Part shown: in pieces, positions 12,281-24,883 of the stretch
Layout of the letters: every line of letters begins with the position of its first letter
How positions within the stretch are numbered: position 1 is the first letter of the stretch
Source: Octopus bimaculoides
Taxonomy: Eukaryota
NCBI RefSeq assembly: GCF_001194135.2
Contig: NC_068983.1
Coordinates: 46,820,755 to 46,867,652, forward strand
Direction: 5' to 3'
DNA: 46,898 nucleotides
Notes under the pieces: model-generated
The model's database searches: none
What the model was told of the DNA's origin: nothing
Seen by the model: the letters and a program-made list of their open reading frames with translations, nothing else
Position numbers and translations under genes: made by a program

Positions 12281-12432
12281 ATGTTTGTTTGGACTAATGG
12301 TCACTGCAAGCAAAGTTTCACTAAACACAGTCAGCCACTGCTATGTGCAGATATCTGCAGCAAGTTTGTTGTCACGGCAGCAGAAGACATCTCTTGTTAT
12401 TTGTATTTCCTGAAGAGTTATTCATCGGAAAA
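12281..12432 (+). CDS. TEP1: TEP1-like exon D (MFVWTNGHCKQSFTKHSQPLLCADICSKFVVTAAEDISCYLYFLKSYSSE-K)
   Basis: Long T-rich tract then taaag|ATG, and AA|gtaagt. 152 bp, phase 0/2, open frame with a WD40-like H.QP...VVTAAED motif (recalled human QKPVLGLATSQELLASASED). Confidence 0.82.
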
Positions 12433-13132
12433 GTAAGTAGTTACTTCTTATATCTTTCAGAATGAGCCAATATTATAATTCTAACCCTTTGTAACTGCTT
12501 AGCTTGATCACCAAAATGTTTATGCATGCAATACTATAACTGATTGAAGAAATTAATGAATGGCATGAAATGTTTGTTACAGTGTGACAGGACAGCATGT
12601 CATTGTCTACGAGAACAAAGATGATCTGAGCTAGGGGTCATTTAAGCTCCTTTGGTTTGTTGACCCTTGTACTTCAGTAGGTCTCCTTGAGTGAGAAGAC
12701 AGGTAAGGCCAGTATGACTGTGAGAGACGATCAGGTGCAGGGGTTGTCATGTAGATCAGGAATGCTAGATGGTAGGACTGAACCTGAAACCATGTGGTTG
12801 GTAAGCAAGCTACTTAACACACAGCCACTCCTGCACCTGAATATATATATATATATATATATATATNNNNNNNNNNNNNNNNNNNNNNNNNNNNNNNNNN
12901 NNNNNNNNNNNNNNNNNNNNNNNNNNNNNNNNNNNNNNNNNNNNNNNNNNNNNNNNNNNNNNNNNNNNNNNNNNNNNNNNNNNNNNNNNNNNNNNNNNNN
13001 NATATAAAAGTATTTATATTTATGATGAAATGATGAATTTTTTTCATTACGAAAATTTTTCGTTATTTTTTCATTTTGAGGTTTTTTCACGCTGACTACT
13101 TGATAAATTCTTATAAAGAATTTATCCTATAT

Positions 13133-13169
<37 letters not shown>

Positions 13170-14040
13170 GGGTTGAGTCAGTTTTTTTGCTACTCTGATT
13201 TTCACCTGTAGATGTAGGGGGTCTTCAGGTAAGTTATAACTCAAATGACAGACTTGACCAAAATAAAACTATTATTAATCTTTACTCTGGTATTGAGTAC
13301 TCTTTCTTCCAACAGTCAGCACTAAATATGTGTGTGTGTTTCTCCCCCATCACTGCTTGTCCTCCATCACTGCCTGACTACTAGTGTTGGAGTGTTTAAG
13401 TACCCGTAACTTAGTGGTTTGGCAAAAGAAATCAATAAAATAAGTACCAAGCTTAAAAAAAAAGTAGTCCTGGGGTCAATTTTCTTAGCTAAAATTCTTT
13501 GAGGTGGTGGCCTAGCATGGTCGCAGTCTAATGACTGAAGCAAGTAAAAGATGACACACACACACACACATGCAAATCTACATGTACGCACACACACACA
13601 CATATATGTATATATATATTCACTGCCATCTCCCGAATTGATTCCATCTACCAAATTTCACTCATAAAATTTCAATCAACCAGAAGCTAAGATAAAAAAC
13701 ATTTAACCCAAGTGGGTTTGAACCTGCAACCATTTGGTTACAAAACAGTCTTCTTAACCCCCACAGCCATTTCAGTATCCTGTTGATCTAGCTTTACTAT
13801 ACTGAAAATATATTGTTATTATTTTATTGTTGCAAGAGTAACACTTCAGCTTGATACCAATGCTCTTAGAATTCCATGAAAATACCTGGTTTCCCCCTTT
13901 AGTTTTCTTCTTAGTTGGAATTTCCTCTTCTGGCTGTTTCCAAAGTTATTATCACACAAACAATTTGGTTTAATGATTTAAAACTTAATACATACATCCA
14001 TCCATCCATCCATCCATCCATCCATCCATACATACATACA

Positions 14041-14100
<60 letters not shown>

Positions 14101-14130
14101 TACATGTGCATATATGTGTGTTTATCTATA

Positions 14131-15110
14131 TCTATATATAAAACAGAGATGTGTGTGTAATCGCTTATCACGTGAAAACGGCTTCAACATTTACTTCCAT
14201 ACTTGTGATGCATGAATAATTTGACCTCGGATAAATCTTAGGCTCTTCATTTGATTTTTTTTATTAAGATAAATAATATTGCTTTATATTTAAGATTCAC
14301 TTCTTTAAAAAGGTTAGCCATAGTTTTCTCTTCACTTTAACTTCAATCGTTATTGTTCGCACTAAAAGTTTAATCACATTTACTGATGTAAGTAATTTCA
14401 TAATTTACTAACAAAAGTACGGTTTCCTGTTTCCCTGTTGCTGAGGGTTTTTTTTTTTCTGGTACCTTCGATACTGGCTGTTTGGTTCACTGAGTGACAA
14501 ATTTCGCTTCAACCTCACTTTAACTTCAATCGTTACTGTTCTCAATAAAAGTTTACGTTTTCAATCGCTAACAAGTTCACATTTACTGATGTAAGTAATT
14601 TGATCATTTACTAACAGAAGTACGGTTTTGTACTTCTGTTCAAGAGACTGCAGTTTCCGGTCAAACTTACCTTTGCAATGTCTATCAACAAAGCACAAGG
14701 TCAATCTCTAAAGGTGGTGGGACTTAACCTCCTTCAACCTTGCTTCTCACATGGTCAGCTGTATGTTGGATGTTCTAGAGTCGAAGATGAAAAGAACCTC
14801 TACATTCTCAGTGATAAACATGGCAAGACAGAAAACATAATATATGAAGAAGCACTTACATGAATAGTATGTACATGACATATACAAAAGTGTAAAACCA
14901 TTGAGTGTTAAAGTAAGTATTACTATTACACTTTCACTTTTCGACTGACATGCACCAACGTATATCTGTGTATATAACAGTGAAACAATAACGTGGTATA
15001 TTCGCTGTGTGAATTTTTTTCATTTAAGCCCCATTTTAATTATCGTAAAAGTTTCCAAGTACCAATAAGCAACAATTTCATTCCCAGGCAACGCTGGGTG
15101 GCTCTGCTAG
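14131..15110 (+). mobile_element. Non-autonomous Helitron deletion derivative (~980 bp)
   Basis: 5' A|TCTATATATAAAA (the TC at 14125 is an alternative start). 3' hairpin CCCAG-GCAACG-CTGGG at 15083-15098, then CTAG|T at 15107-15111. Inserted between A and T. Contains a PIF1-type helicase remnant. Confidence 0.82.
14639..14863 (+). pseudogene. Helitron RepHel (PIF1-like) helicase C-terminal remnant
   Basis: FKRLQFPVKLTFAMSINKAQGQSLKVVGLNLLQPCFSHGQLYVGCSRV...KTENIIYEEALT* contains PIF1/Helitron helicase motifs V-VI (TINKSQGQSL; FSHGQLYVA.SRV). No upstream ORF. Confidence 0.85.
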
Positions 15111-15290
15111 TATATATATATATATATATATATATATCTGTACATATATAAGTATAATGAGTGTGTGTATATATATATATATACACACACACACATACGT
15201 GTATTTCATATATATATAGGTATATATAAATATACACATACACACACATGTGTACATATATATACACAACCAAACATATATACATGTATT

Positions 15291-15324
<34 letters not shown>

Positions 15325-15939
15325 CATACACACCCACACACATATATATGTATTCACACATGCATATATATGTATACTACATACACACACATATGCATGT
15401 ATTCATATATATATATATATATATATATCATTTATGTGTGTACATATTTATACAAATATGTATGCAATTACACATACATGTATGCATACATATATACATA
15501 TACACATACACAATCACACACATAGGTTTCACCTTTTGAGTCGAATTCTTCCCCTATTTTGGAAAATAAAATGAAACCAATAAAATTTAACTAAATTCAC
15601 ACAAAAAAAAAATAATGAAAACCTAAAAAACTAAACTCAACAAAAATAAATACGAAAAGCCAACAAACATCCCCACCTCCACCATCACACTTCGCCATGA
15701 CGATGACAACAAGGACCACCAGTACTACCACGACCACCACCGATATCTTTTTTCTTGTCCACATTCATCTTTAATTGGCATGAGATTCTAAATGGTGGGT
15801 TTTTGAATTTAGAAGATCTGCTTGGAGCAGAGGACTGTGAACCAATTATAAAATTGGATCCTGCAAAGAACCCCCCCCCATTAATATTTTGAAGCTTAAC
15901 AATGGGAAAGATTCCGCCTCAGTTGAGGCAGAAATGTTG

Positions 15940-17048
15940 AATGTGTGTGTGTGTATGGTTTGTGTGTCTGTGTGAGTGTGTGTGTGTGCATGTGTGTTTT
16001 TTTGTATGTATATATGCATGTATATGTATATGTGTGTATGTATATATAGCTTGTGTGTGTGTATAGATGTATGTATGCATATATATATGTACATATGTAT
16101 ATATATGTATGTATGCATGTATGTGTATATGTGTATGCATATGTGTATGTATGTATAGCTTGTGTGTGTGCATATATCTGTATGTATATATGTATATATG
16201 CATGTATATATGTATGTATGCACGCATGCATGTATGTGTATATGTATATGCATATGTGTGTATATGTATGTATATGCGTATGTGTATGTATGTATGTATA
16301 GCTTGTGTATGTGCATATATCTCTATGTATATATATATGCATGCATGTATATATGCGTGTGTATATATATGTATATATGTATGCATGCCTGTATGTATAT
16401 ATNNNNNNNNNNNNNNNNNNNNNNNNNNNNNNNNNNNNNNNNNNNNNNNNNNNNNNNNNNNNNNNNNNNNNNNNNNNNNNNNNNNNNNNNNNNNNNNNNN
16501 NNNNNNNNNNNNNNNNNNNNNNNNNNNNNNNNNNNNNNNNNNNNNNNNNNNNNNNNNNNNNNNNNNNNNNNNNNNNNNNNNNNNNNNNNNNNNNNNNNNN
16601 ATCTGTATGTATATATGTATGTATGCATGTATATATATGCATGTATATATGTATGTATATATATGTATGCATGTATATGTATATGCATATGTGTATGTAT
16701 GTATAGCTTGTGTGTGTGCATATATCTGTATGTATATATGTATATATGCATGTATATATGTATGTATGCACGCATGCATGTATGTGTATATGTATATGCA
16801 TATGTGTGTATATGTATGTATATGCGTATGTGTATGTATGTATGTATAGCTTGTGTATGTGCATATATCTCTATGTATATATATATGCATGCATGTATAT
16901 ATGCGTGTGTATATATATGTATATATGTATGCATGCCTGTATGTATATATGTATGTATGTGTGTATGCATGTATGTATATACGTATGTATGTGTATGTAC
17001 ATATGTATGTATATGTACATATGTATGTATATATGTATGTATGTATGC

Positions 17049-17102
<54 letters not shown>

Positions 17103-17530
17103 GTGTATGTATGTGCATATGTGTCTAAGTATGCGTATGTATATGTATGTGTGCATATGTATGCTTGTATGGATGTACACGTTCGTATGTATGTGTGTAA
17201 GTATGCTTGTATGTATGTATATGTGTGTGCATGTATATACTTGTATGCATGTACATGTGTGTAGGACATGTGTGCATGTGTATATATGTTTGTGCAGGCT
17301 GTTTGTATGTTTATATGTATTGCATGTCTGTTGAGATGTGTGTATATATGGTACATGTATGTGTGTATGGATATATGTATGTGTGTGCCTCTGTGTGTAT
17401 GTTTTATGTGTAGCATATTGTACATGTTTGCATGTATATGTGTATGTGTAGCATGCATGTGGTGTGTATATGTGTATGAAGCTTTGTATGTATGCCTGTA
17501 TATATGTGTGTTTACAGCATATGTGTTCAT
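15940..17530. repeat. Long compound (TA/TG/CA) alternating purine-pyrimidine satellite
   Basis: Almost pure RY alternation, with a recurring marker TATAGCTTGTG. It accounts for the His/Ile/Tyr/Cys-rich pseudo-ORFs. Confidence 0.9.
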
Positions 17531-17564
17531 GTCTAAGTATGTAATGTGAAAGAGTATAGACTTT

Positions 17565-17990
17565 TTTGTGGCTGTGTGGTAAGAAGCTTACTTCCCAACC
17601 ACATGGTTCTAGGTTCAGTACTACTGTGTGGCACCTTGGGCAAGTGTCTTCTACTACAGAATTGGTAGACAAAAACTGAAAGAAGCCCGTTGCGTATATA
17701 TATATATATATATATAGATATATATGTATCTATGTATTTGTGTGTCACCATCACTTNNNNNNNNNNTATATATAGATATATATGTATCTATGTATTTGTG
17801 TGTCACCATCACTTGACAACCGATGTTGGTGTGTTTACGTCCTTGTAACTTAGCGGTTCAGCAAAAGCGACTGTTAGGATAGGTGCTAGGCTTACAAAGA
17901 TTAAGTCCTGGGGATCGATTTGTTTAACTAAAGGTGGTGCTCCAGCATGGCCGCAGTCAAATGACTGAAACAAGTAAAAGAATAAAAAAT
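17565..17990 (+). mobile_element. SINE family A copy spanning a small gap
   Basis: Head and 3' body are present. Sequence is duplicated on either side of the 11-N gap at 17757-17767. Confidence 0.72.
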
Positions 17991-19074
17991 ATCAATATCT
18001 CCCTGTTTGCACACACACACACACACTGATAGGTAGATACACACATAGACACAGACACACACATATGCACAAACACACACATAAATCGATAGATAGATAC
18101 ACACGCACGTACGCACACATACACACACACAAAAGCACACATACACACACACAGATAGATACACACANNNNNNNNNNACACATACACACACACAAAAGCA
18201 CACATACACACACACAGATAGATACACACACAAATAGATAGATACACACACAGACAGACATGCGTGCATGCACACACACACACACACACAAACACAAAAA
18301 CATACATGCACACAGATACACACACGCATACTCAAGCATATACACATACAAATAGATAGATAGATAGATACACACACAGACAGACATGTGTGTGCACAGA
18401 AACACATACATTCACACAGATAGATAGATAGACAGATATGCACACAGACACACACACAGAGAAATAAATAGATAGATAGATACACACTCACACAAAAACA
18501 CACACACACACAAACAGACATACACTTATACACACACAGAGACACACACTCAAACATACACACACACAGATAGATAGATACACACACAAATAGATAGATA
18601 CACACAGACAGACATGCATGCATGCACACATAGATAAATAGATACACACACAGACACACACACAAGTAGATAGATAGATGCATACTCACACATATACACA
18701 CACACAAATGCACACACAAAGACACACACAAGCATACACACACAAATAGATAGATACACGCACAGACATATGCATATACACACACATTCATATACGCTTA
18801 TGTATGTGGAGAGAGAGAGAGAGAGAGAGGGAAGGAGAGGGAGAAAGTGATATTTACAATGGAAAGATTGATAGTAACTTTGAAGTTTTGGCTTGCTTGC
18901 TATCATCTGAACCTGAAGTTAATAACTATGTACTCTACTAAGTAATATTGAGTAATCCATCAGTTTAATGTTTTTATTTATAACTTCTCTTATTAAAAAC
19001 AAACATTTGTACAGATTAATACTTATATATTATGGAGATGTACTTGCATAGCAAGTGACTTGATATGAGATCGT

Positions 19075-19314
19075 GCGGGTGACACATGAAATCTTTCGAG
19101 CGGGATCGTTGCCAGTGCCCCTGGACTGGCTCATGTGCGGGCGACACATGAAATCTTTTGAGCGAGATCGTTGCCGGTGCCCCTGGGCCGGCTTGCGGGT
19201 GACACATGAGGTTTTTCGAGTGAGGTCGTTGCCGGTGACCCCGGGCTGGCTCGTGTGCGGGCGAAACATGGGGTCTTTCGAGCGGGATCGTTGCCAGTGC
19301 CCCTGGACTGGCTC
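19075..19314 (+). repeat. GC/CpG-rich 58/62-bp minisatellite continuing into a 0.9 kb gap
   Basis: Units start at 19075, 19137, 19195 and 19257 (GCGGGYGACACATG...GATCGTTGCCRGTG...). Confidence 0.9.
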
Positions 19315-20987
19315 NNNNNNNNNNNNNNNNNNNNNNNNNNNNNNNNNNNNNNNNNNNNNNNNNNNNNNNNNNNNNNNNNNNNNNNNNNNNNNNNNNNNNN
19401 NNNNNNNNNNNNNNNNNNNNNNNNNNNNNNNNNNNNNNNNNNNNNNNNNNNNNNNNNNNNNNNNNNNNNNNNNNNNNNNNNNNNNNNNNNNNNNNNNNNN
19501 NNNNNNNNNNNNNNNNNNNNNNNNNNNNNNNNNNNNNNNNNNNNNNNNNNNNNNNNNNNNNNNNNNNNNNNNNNNNNNNNNNNNNNNNNNNNNNNNNNNN
19601 NNNNNNNNNNNNNNNNNNNNNNNNNNNNNNNNNNNNNNNNNNNNNNNNNNNNNNNNNNNNNNNNNNNNNNNNNNNNNNNNNNNNNNNNNNNNNNNNNNNN
19701 NNNNNNNNNNNNNNNNNNNNNNNNNNNNNNNNNNNNNNNNNNNNNNNNNNNNNNNNNNNNNNNNNNNNNNNNNNNNNNNNNNNNNNNNNNNNNNNNNNNN
19801 NNNNNNNNNNNNNNNNNNNNNNNNNNNNNNNNNNNNNNNNNNNNNNNNNNNNNNNNNNNNNNNNNNNNNNNNNNNNNNNNNNNNNNNNNNNNNNNNNNNN
19901 NNNNNNNNNNNNNNNNNNNNNNNNNNNNNNNNNNNNNNNNNNNNNNNNNNNNNNNNNNNNNNNNNNNNNNNNNNNNNNNNNNNNNNNNNNNNNNNNNNNN
20001 NNNNNNNNNNNNNNNNNNNNNNNNNNNNNNNNNNNNNNNNNNNNNNNNNNNNNNNNNNNNNNNNNNNNNNNNNNNNNNNNNNNNNNNNNNNNNNNNNNNN
20101 NNNNNNNNNNNNNNNNNNNNNNNNNNNNNNNNNNNNNNNNNNNNNNNNNNNNNNNNNNNNNNNNNNNNNNNNNNNNNNNNNNNNNNNNNNNNNNNNNNNN
20201 NNNNNNNNNNNNNTGGTTTATAAGCATCTTCCATGCTGCAATTGTTAATATTTGTATTCATATATAACAAAACAGGTATCTGTAAAAGTTTTTGGTATTA
20301 TTTATTCACCATTACACATGTTTCATTTGCTAATAGGAATCACAAAATTGTATGTGTTAGATAAACATGTAAGAAATTTCCTATTAAAAATTCTTCCGAC
20401 AGAGAATCCCTACCTACATAATATATATACATATATATTTTGAGAAGACCTGTTGAGTCAAGTGAAATCCTTGTCATGGCCAATGCCAGTACCGCCTGAG
20501 TGGCACCATGCCAGTGGCACGGAAAAAGCACCATTTGAGAATGGTCAATGCTAGTCCCACCGGACTGGCTCTCATGCCAGTGGCATGTTAAAAGCACCAT
20601 ACGAACATGGTTGATGCCAGTGCCACCTGACTGACTCCCATGCTGGTGGCACATAGAAAGCACCGTTCAGGCGTAGTCGATGCCAGTACCGCCTGACTGG
20701 CCCCCATACCAGTGGCACATAAAAAGCAGTCACTACACTCTTGGAGTGGTTTGCATTAGGAGAGGCATCCAGCTGTAGAAACCTTGCCAGATCAGATTGG
20801 AGCCTGGTTCAGTCTCCTGGCTTGCCAGTCCTCAGTCTGATGATATATATATTATATGATATGTATATATTATATGATATATATATTATATTGGAATAAT
20901 TCATCTTGAAGCACACAAAGCTGTAAATATTGGGTTAAAAACCCTCAGAATAGAAAAAGATGAAGCCAATCTGTGGGACACAAACCC

Positions 20988-21018
20988 CCAAGATTCTGAG
21001 TTTGATTCCAGGCAGTGA

Positions 21019-21054
<36 letters not shown>

Positions 21055-21247
21055 CAATAATAATAATACCAACAACATCAAAAAATACCTTAGGAATTAG
21101 AATCCAGGTTCAAAATTTTCCCAAGACACCTGATGAAGGCTGGAAGGTATATCAGCCGAAACGTGTTAACAACAAACAAGATGTGGACAAATATCTGTCA
21201 AATGTAAATAATGTACATAATTCCTCATTTCTTAAATATAGAACTGT
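20988..21247 (+). mobile_element. Short repeat (family E): B-box-like head, (TAA)n and hammerhead-like motif
   Basis: Homologous to 2051-2090 plus 2585-2780. Contains GACAC-CTGATGA-AGGCTG...CAGCC-GAAAC-GT at 21125-21167. Confidence 0.65.
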
Positions 21248-21568
21248 ATTAAAAAATTATTATTTTGTCGTATGTGCTCACAGGCATTGCAATGTATATT
21301 TGTGTGTTTGTGTGAAAATACAAACACACATACATGCGCACACACACGGATTTGGTGAATAATTGTTTACGATGAATAACAAATGCGTAATATATGTGTT
21401 TGTGNNNNNNNNNNNNNNNNNNNNNNNNNNNNNNNNNNNNNNNNNNNNNNNNNNNNNNNNNNNNNNNNNNNNNNNNNNNNNNNNNNNNNNNNNNNNNNNN
21501 NNNNNNNNNNNNNNNNNNNNNNNNNNNNNNATATACATATGATATATGTATATATTTATATATACATA

Positions 21569-21604
<36 letters not shown>

Positions 21605-21613
21605 TATATGTAT

Positions 21614-22886
21614 CATAAGTCGATGAACAATTTCATATAAGTGGGGAAAATAACCCTTATTTTAAGTATTTTTAAAAAAACGTCACCTCAACTGAAGAAA
21701 TCTAATACCATTTTTAACCCAAGTCATGCAAAATTCTAGGTGGGTGAGGGTTGGGGTTTCATAACGCCTACTCAAGTTTTTACCAAACTTGGTCTGCTGA
21801 CTTAATGCAATGCAGAAGCTGTATATCTCAAATTTCAGTTTTCAAGTTTAAGTAGTTTAGGAGTTATTGAGTTTCTAATTTGTTACTTCTTAGGCCCTAC
21901 TTTAGGAAATATCCTCTTCGTCTCCTTTTTATTTCTATGACACTAAAACCTCTCACTATATTAACTGTTTTTTCAAAATAGTAGGCTTATCCAACTAGAG
22001 TATGTAACATAATGTCTCATAAGATAAGTGCTTGTGTCACTCAAATAAACAAAAAAATTGGGATGAAGAATCTCGTGCAATTTCAAGACTCACATAAGAA
22101 AAGAAGACCTGTTTCTCTAGAAGAGCATTCTTTGGAAAACAACAGCAGGATACCAATGAAACTTCAAATTATTGGTCACTACCTGTTCCTTGGAACAGGT
22201 TCATAGAAAAGCATTGAACTCCATAAAAACTTTTGGAGTTGAGATCCATCAAAACTGGAAATTCCCAGAAAAATCAGAGTACAGAATGGGCAACCAAGTA
22301 TCTTCAAGATCTTTATGATGTTTGTAAAAAAGAAAAAATTCAGCTTCGATTTATTTTATCTAACAAAACATTAATTCTTATGTTTAAAAATTTGCTAACA
22401 TTCAGCACCTTTTTTCTAATACAGTTATTTAAAATTAGAATTAAACCTATAAAGTTAAAAACGTTTATTGTTTTTAATTTTGTATGTTATTGAATGTTTG
22501 TAGTGGTATCTGTCTTAAAATAGCCTAGTTTTGAACCTTTGCAAAGAGCAATTTCAATTCAGTAATCTTAAAAATGTATAAATACACTTTTCTTCTGCAT
22601 CTCTCTTGCGTTTACAAGGATTCATGCAGAGGAAATACTGAAGTAGGAATCTAGTGCCACCTAGTGATTATAGTTTTAAAAGCCCATGACTTTGAAACTA
22701 CTTCAACTAGAAAGCTGAAATTTCAGATATACTATTTCTGAATTGCATTGGGTCAGCACACCAACTTTGGTAAAAACTTGGGTCCAAAAGTGGTGATTAA
22801 TTTCTGAAATTGGGGGTGACATTCTTTTGAAATAGAGCAAAATAAATGTTAGTTTCCTGACTTTTATGATATTATTCATCGAATTA
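21614..22886. mobile_element. Element with long imperfect terminal inverted repeats, probably a non-autonomous DNA transposon
   Basis: 21614-21880 is the reverse complement of 22670-22886 at roughly 70-80% identity by eye. The left arm has a ~52-bp extra segment. Confidence 0.6.
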
Positions 22887-23296
22887 CAGTATAGGGTTAT
22901 TAGGTTGTGAAAAAGTCATAACCCTAATGTACATTTAGTGGGAAAAGCATGATCAAGTGGGGAAAAATTTCTCTTATCAATCATGAGTTACCATGTTTGA
23001 TCCCACTATAAAACATCTTAATTGTAAATCTTTTTGCCCACAGCACTGAATCAAGCCAAGTCTCACCAGCAAAATTAGGGAAACGCAAACAAGCTGGAAG
23101 AGTGCCAATTGGATGGTACCAGTAAGTAAATATTCCACCCTTGTCACATATCATTCCATGCTGATTCAGCTTGGCAATCAAGTTAAGGGAATGCATGTCT
23201 GGTCTGTAGAGTACTTAGATGTTTAATTTATGAGTAGGTTGGTCAGTTGAGCAAGTGAATATTCATCATTAATCCATCATCTTCATCATATGTAAG

Positions 23297-23332
<36 letters not shown>

Positions 23333-24883
23333 TATGTATACATACATAACATATGTATGTATATATTATTAACTACATATACTTAATGTATATGTTTTAT
23401 ATATTTTCTGGTGGTTGAAATAGCATGGCAGAATATATATACACTCAGAGTCATGGACAGATGAGATAACTTACCTTCAATCTCATTTGGGAGTGATGGA
23501 CACATCATTGTTTTATGCAACGCTAACTCATCTGAAACGTACATAAGCAAATTATGGATTATGAATTATGAAACAAAAATATATATATAATTCTCCATTC
23601 CTTTTTGTGTTTTATACTTATAGATGTGTGTGTGAGTGTGTGCATGCATTTGTGTTTGTGCATCATCATTATCATCATCATTATCATCATCATCATTATC
23701 ATCATTTAATATCAATAATCCATGTTAGCATGAGTTGGCTGGTTTAACAGCATCCAACTAGCTTGAGGGCTGCATTGGGCTTCAGTGTTTGCTTTGGTAA
23801 GACCCCTATAGCTGGATGCCCTTCATAACACCAATCACTTAAAAGAGTGTACTGGGATCCCTTTTTTTTTTTAATGTGGTGCTAGCATTCATAAAATCCC
23901 TGTGTTACTTGCCAAAACACATTCTTTGATAGAGCAAGAGTACAGTGTTGGGGCAGAATGCTTTATGCCAGGTACAAAGCAGTTAAAGCATGATAGTGGG
24001 GACAAGAGCAGATGTCTTACTGTAGAGAAGATATATGGTTACCCGAGATGAAAAGGGAGAAACGATAGTGAAAATGAGGTATCAGAACATACCATCAAGG
24101 CACAAGGAGAGTGAAGCAGGGTAGAGGAATGAAAATGGTTTGGTGGTTAGGTAGAATCACGAGTACTGGACTTTTAGATATTTGTTTGGGCAGGCTATCC
24201 ATTAGTAGTTAAGTAGCTGTTAAATTGTTAGTGATTTTCATTGGTTTTGAGATCTTACAAGATCATTAAGTTCATTCAATAAAAATGTTGTTTATGCTTG
24301 CTGTTTCAATAGTCAATGTTTTCAGAGTTCACTTAATGCAATTAGTAGCATTGTCACCTAGAAAGTAATAAATTTGTAAGTTTAATGCTCATACTGGGAT
24401 TTGTTAATTTTTCTTCTTCTTTCTTAGGCTGCAGTAGTAGATGTCTGATGTGTATGTATGTGTGTGTCTGTGTGCAGGCGCTGTATGCATATGCATGTGT
24501 ATGTGAGAGAGAAAATATTGTTGAATGCTTGTATTTAAAAATGAAGAAAATTTACTACAAGTTGATACATTTTGATCTTGAACTGTTTTGCTGAGTTTTA
24601 AGTGGCTAATTATTTAATTATTCAAAAAGCTGAATAAGGAAAGCAAATGACAGTACATCAGCAAAAATATTTCAAAACACATTGACATAGGAGTAATCAT
24701 TAAGATTTTGATTGGTTGTCAAAAAAAACAACAAACAAAACAAAAAGAAAAAAGTAGAATATATGCATCAAACATCATCTACAGTCATTTGCAGAACACA
24801 TGATATGATATATTCATCTGTTCACATGCAAAACACATGTGACATTTACATGTCTTCAATATCGTATGTGTAAAATACACAAG

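Noticed and set aside
15040-18906. Many 100-450 aa ORFs rich in His, Ile, Tyr, Cys, Val and Met
   Set aside because: They are translations of (TA/CA/TG)n microsatellites, open in several frames on both strands, with no splice or domain signal.
19075-19314. Regularly spaced repeats as a CRISPR-like array
   Set aside because: The units are contiguous with no unique spacers, the context is eukaryotic, no cas genes are present, and the unit derives from an RTE UTR.
19016-20270. Long ORFs across N runs (also 5425-6279, 28728-29951 and 39542-40321)
   Set aside because: Their length is due to X residues from assembly gaps.
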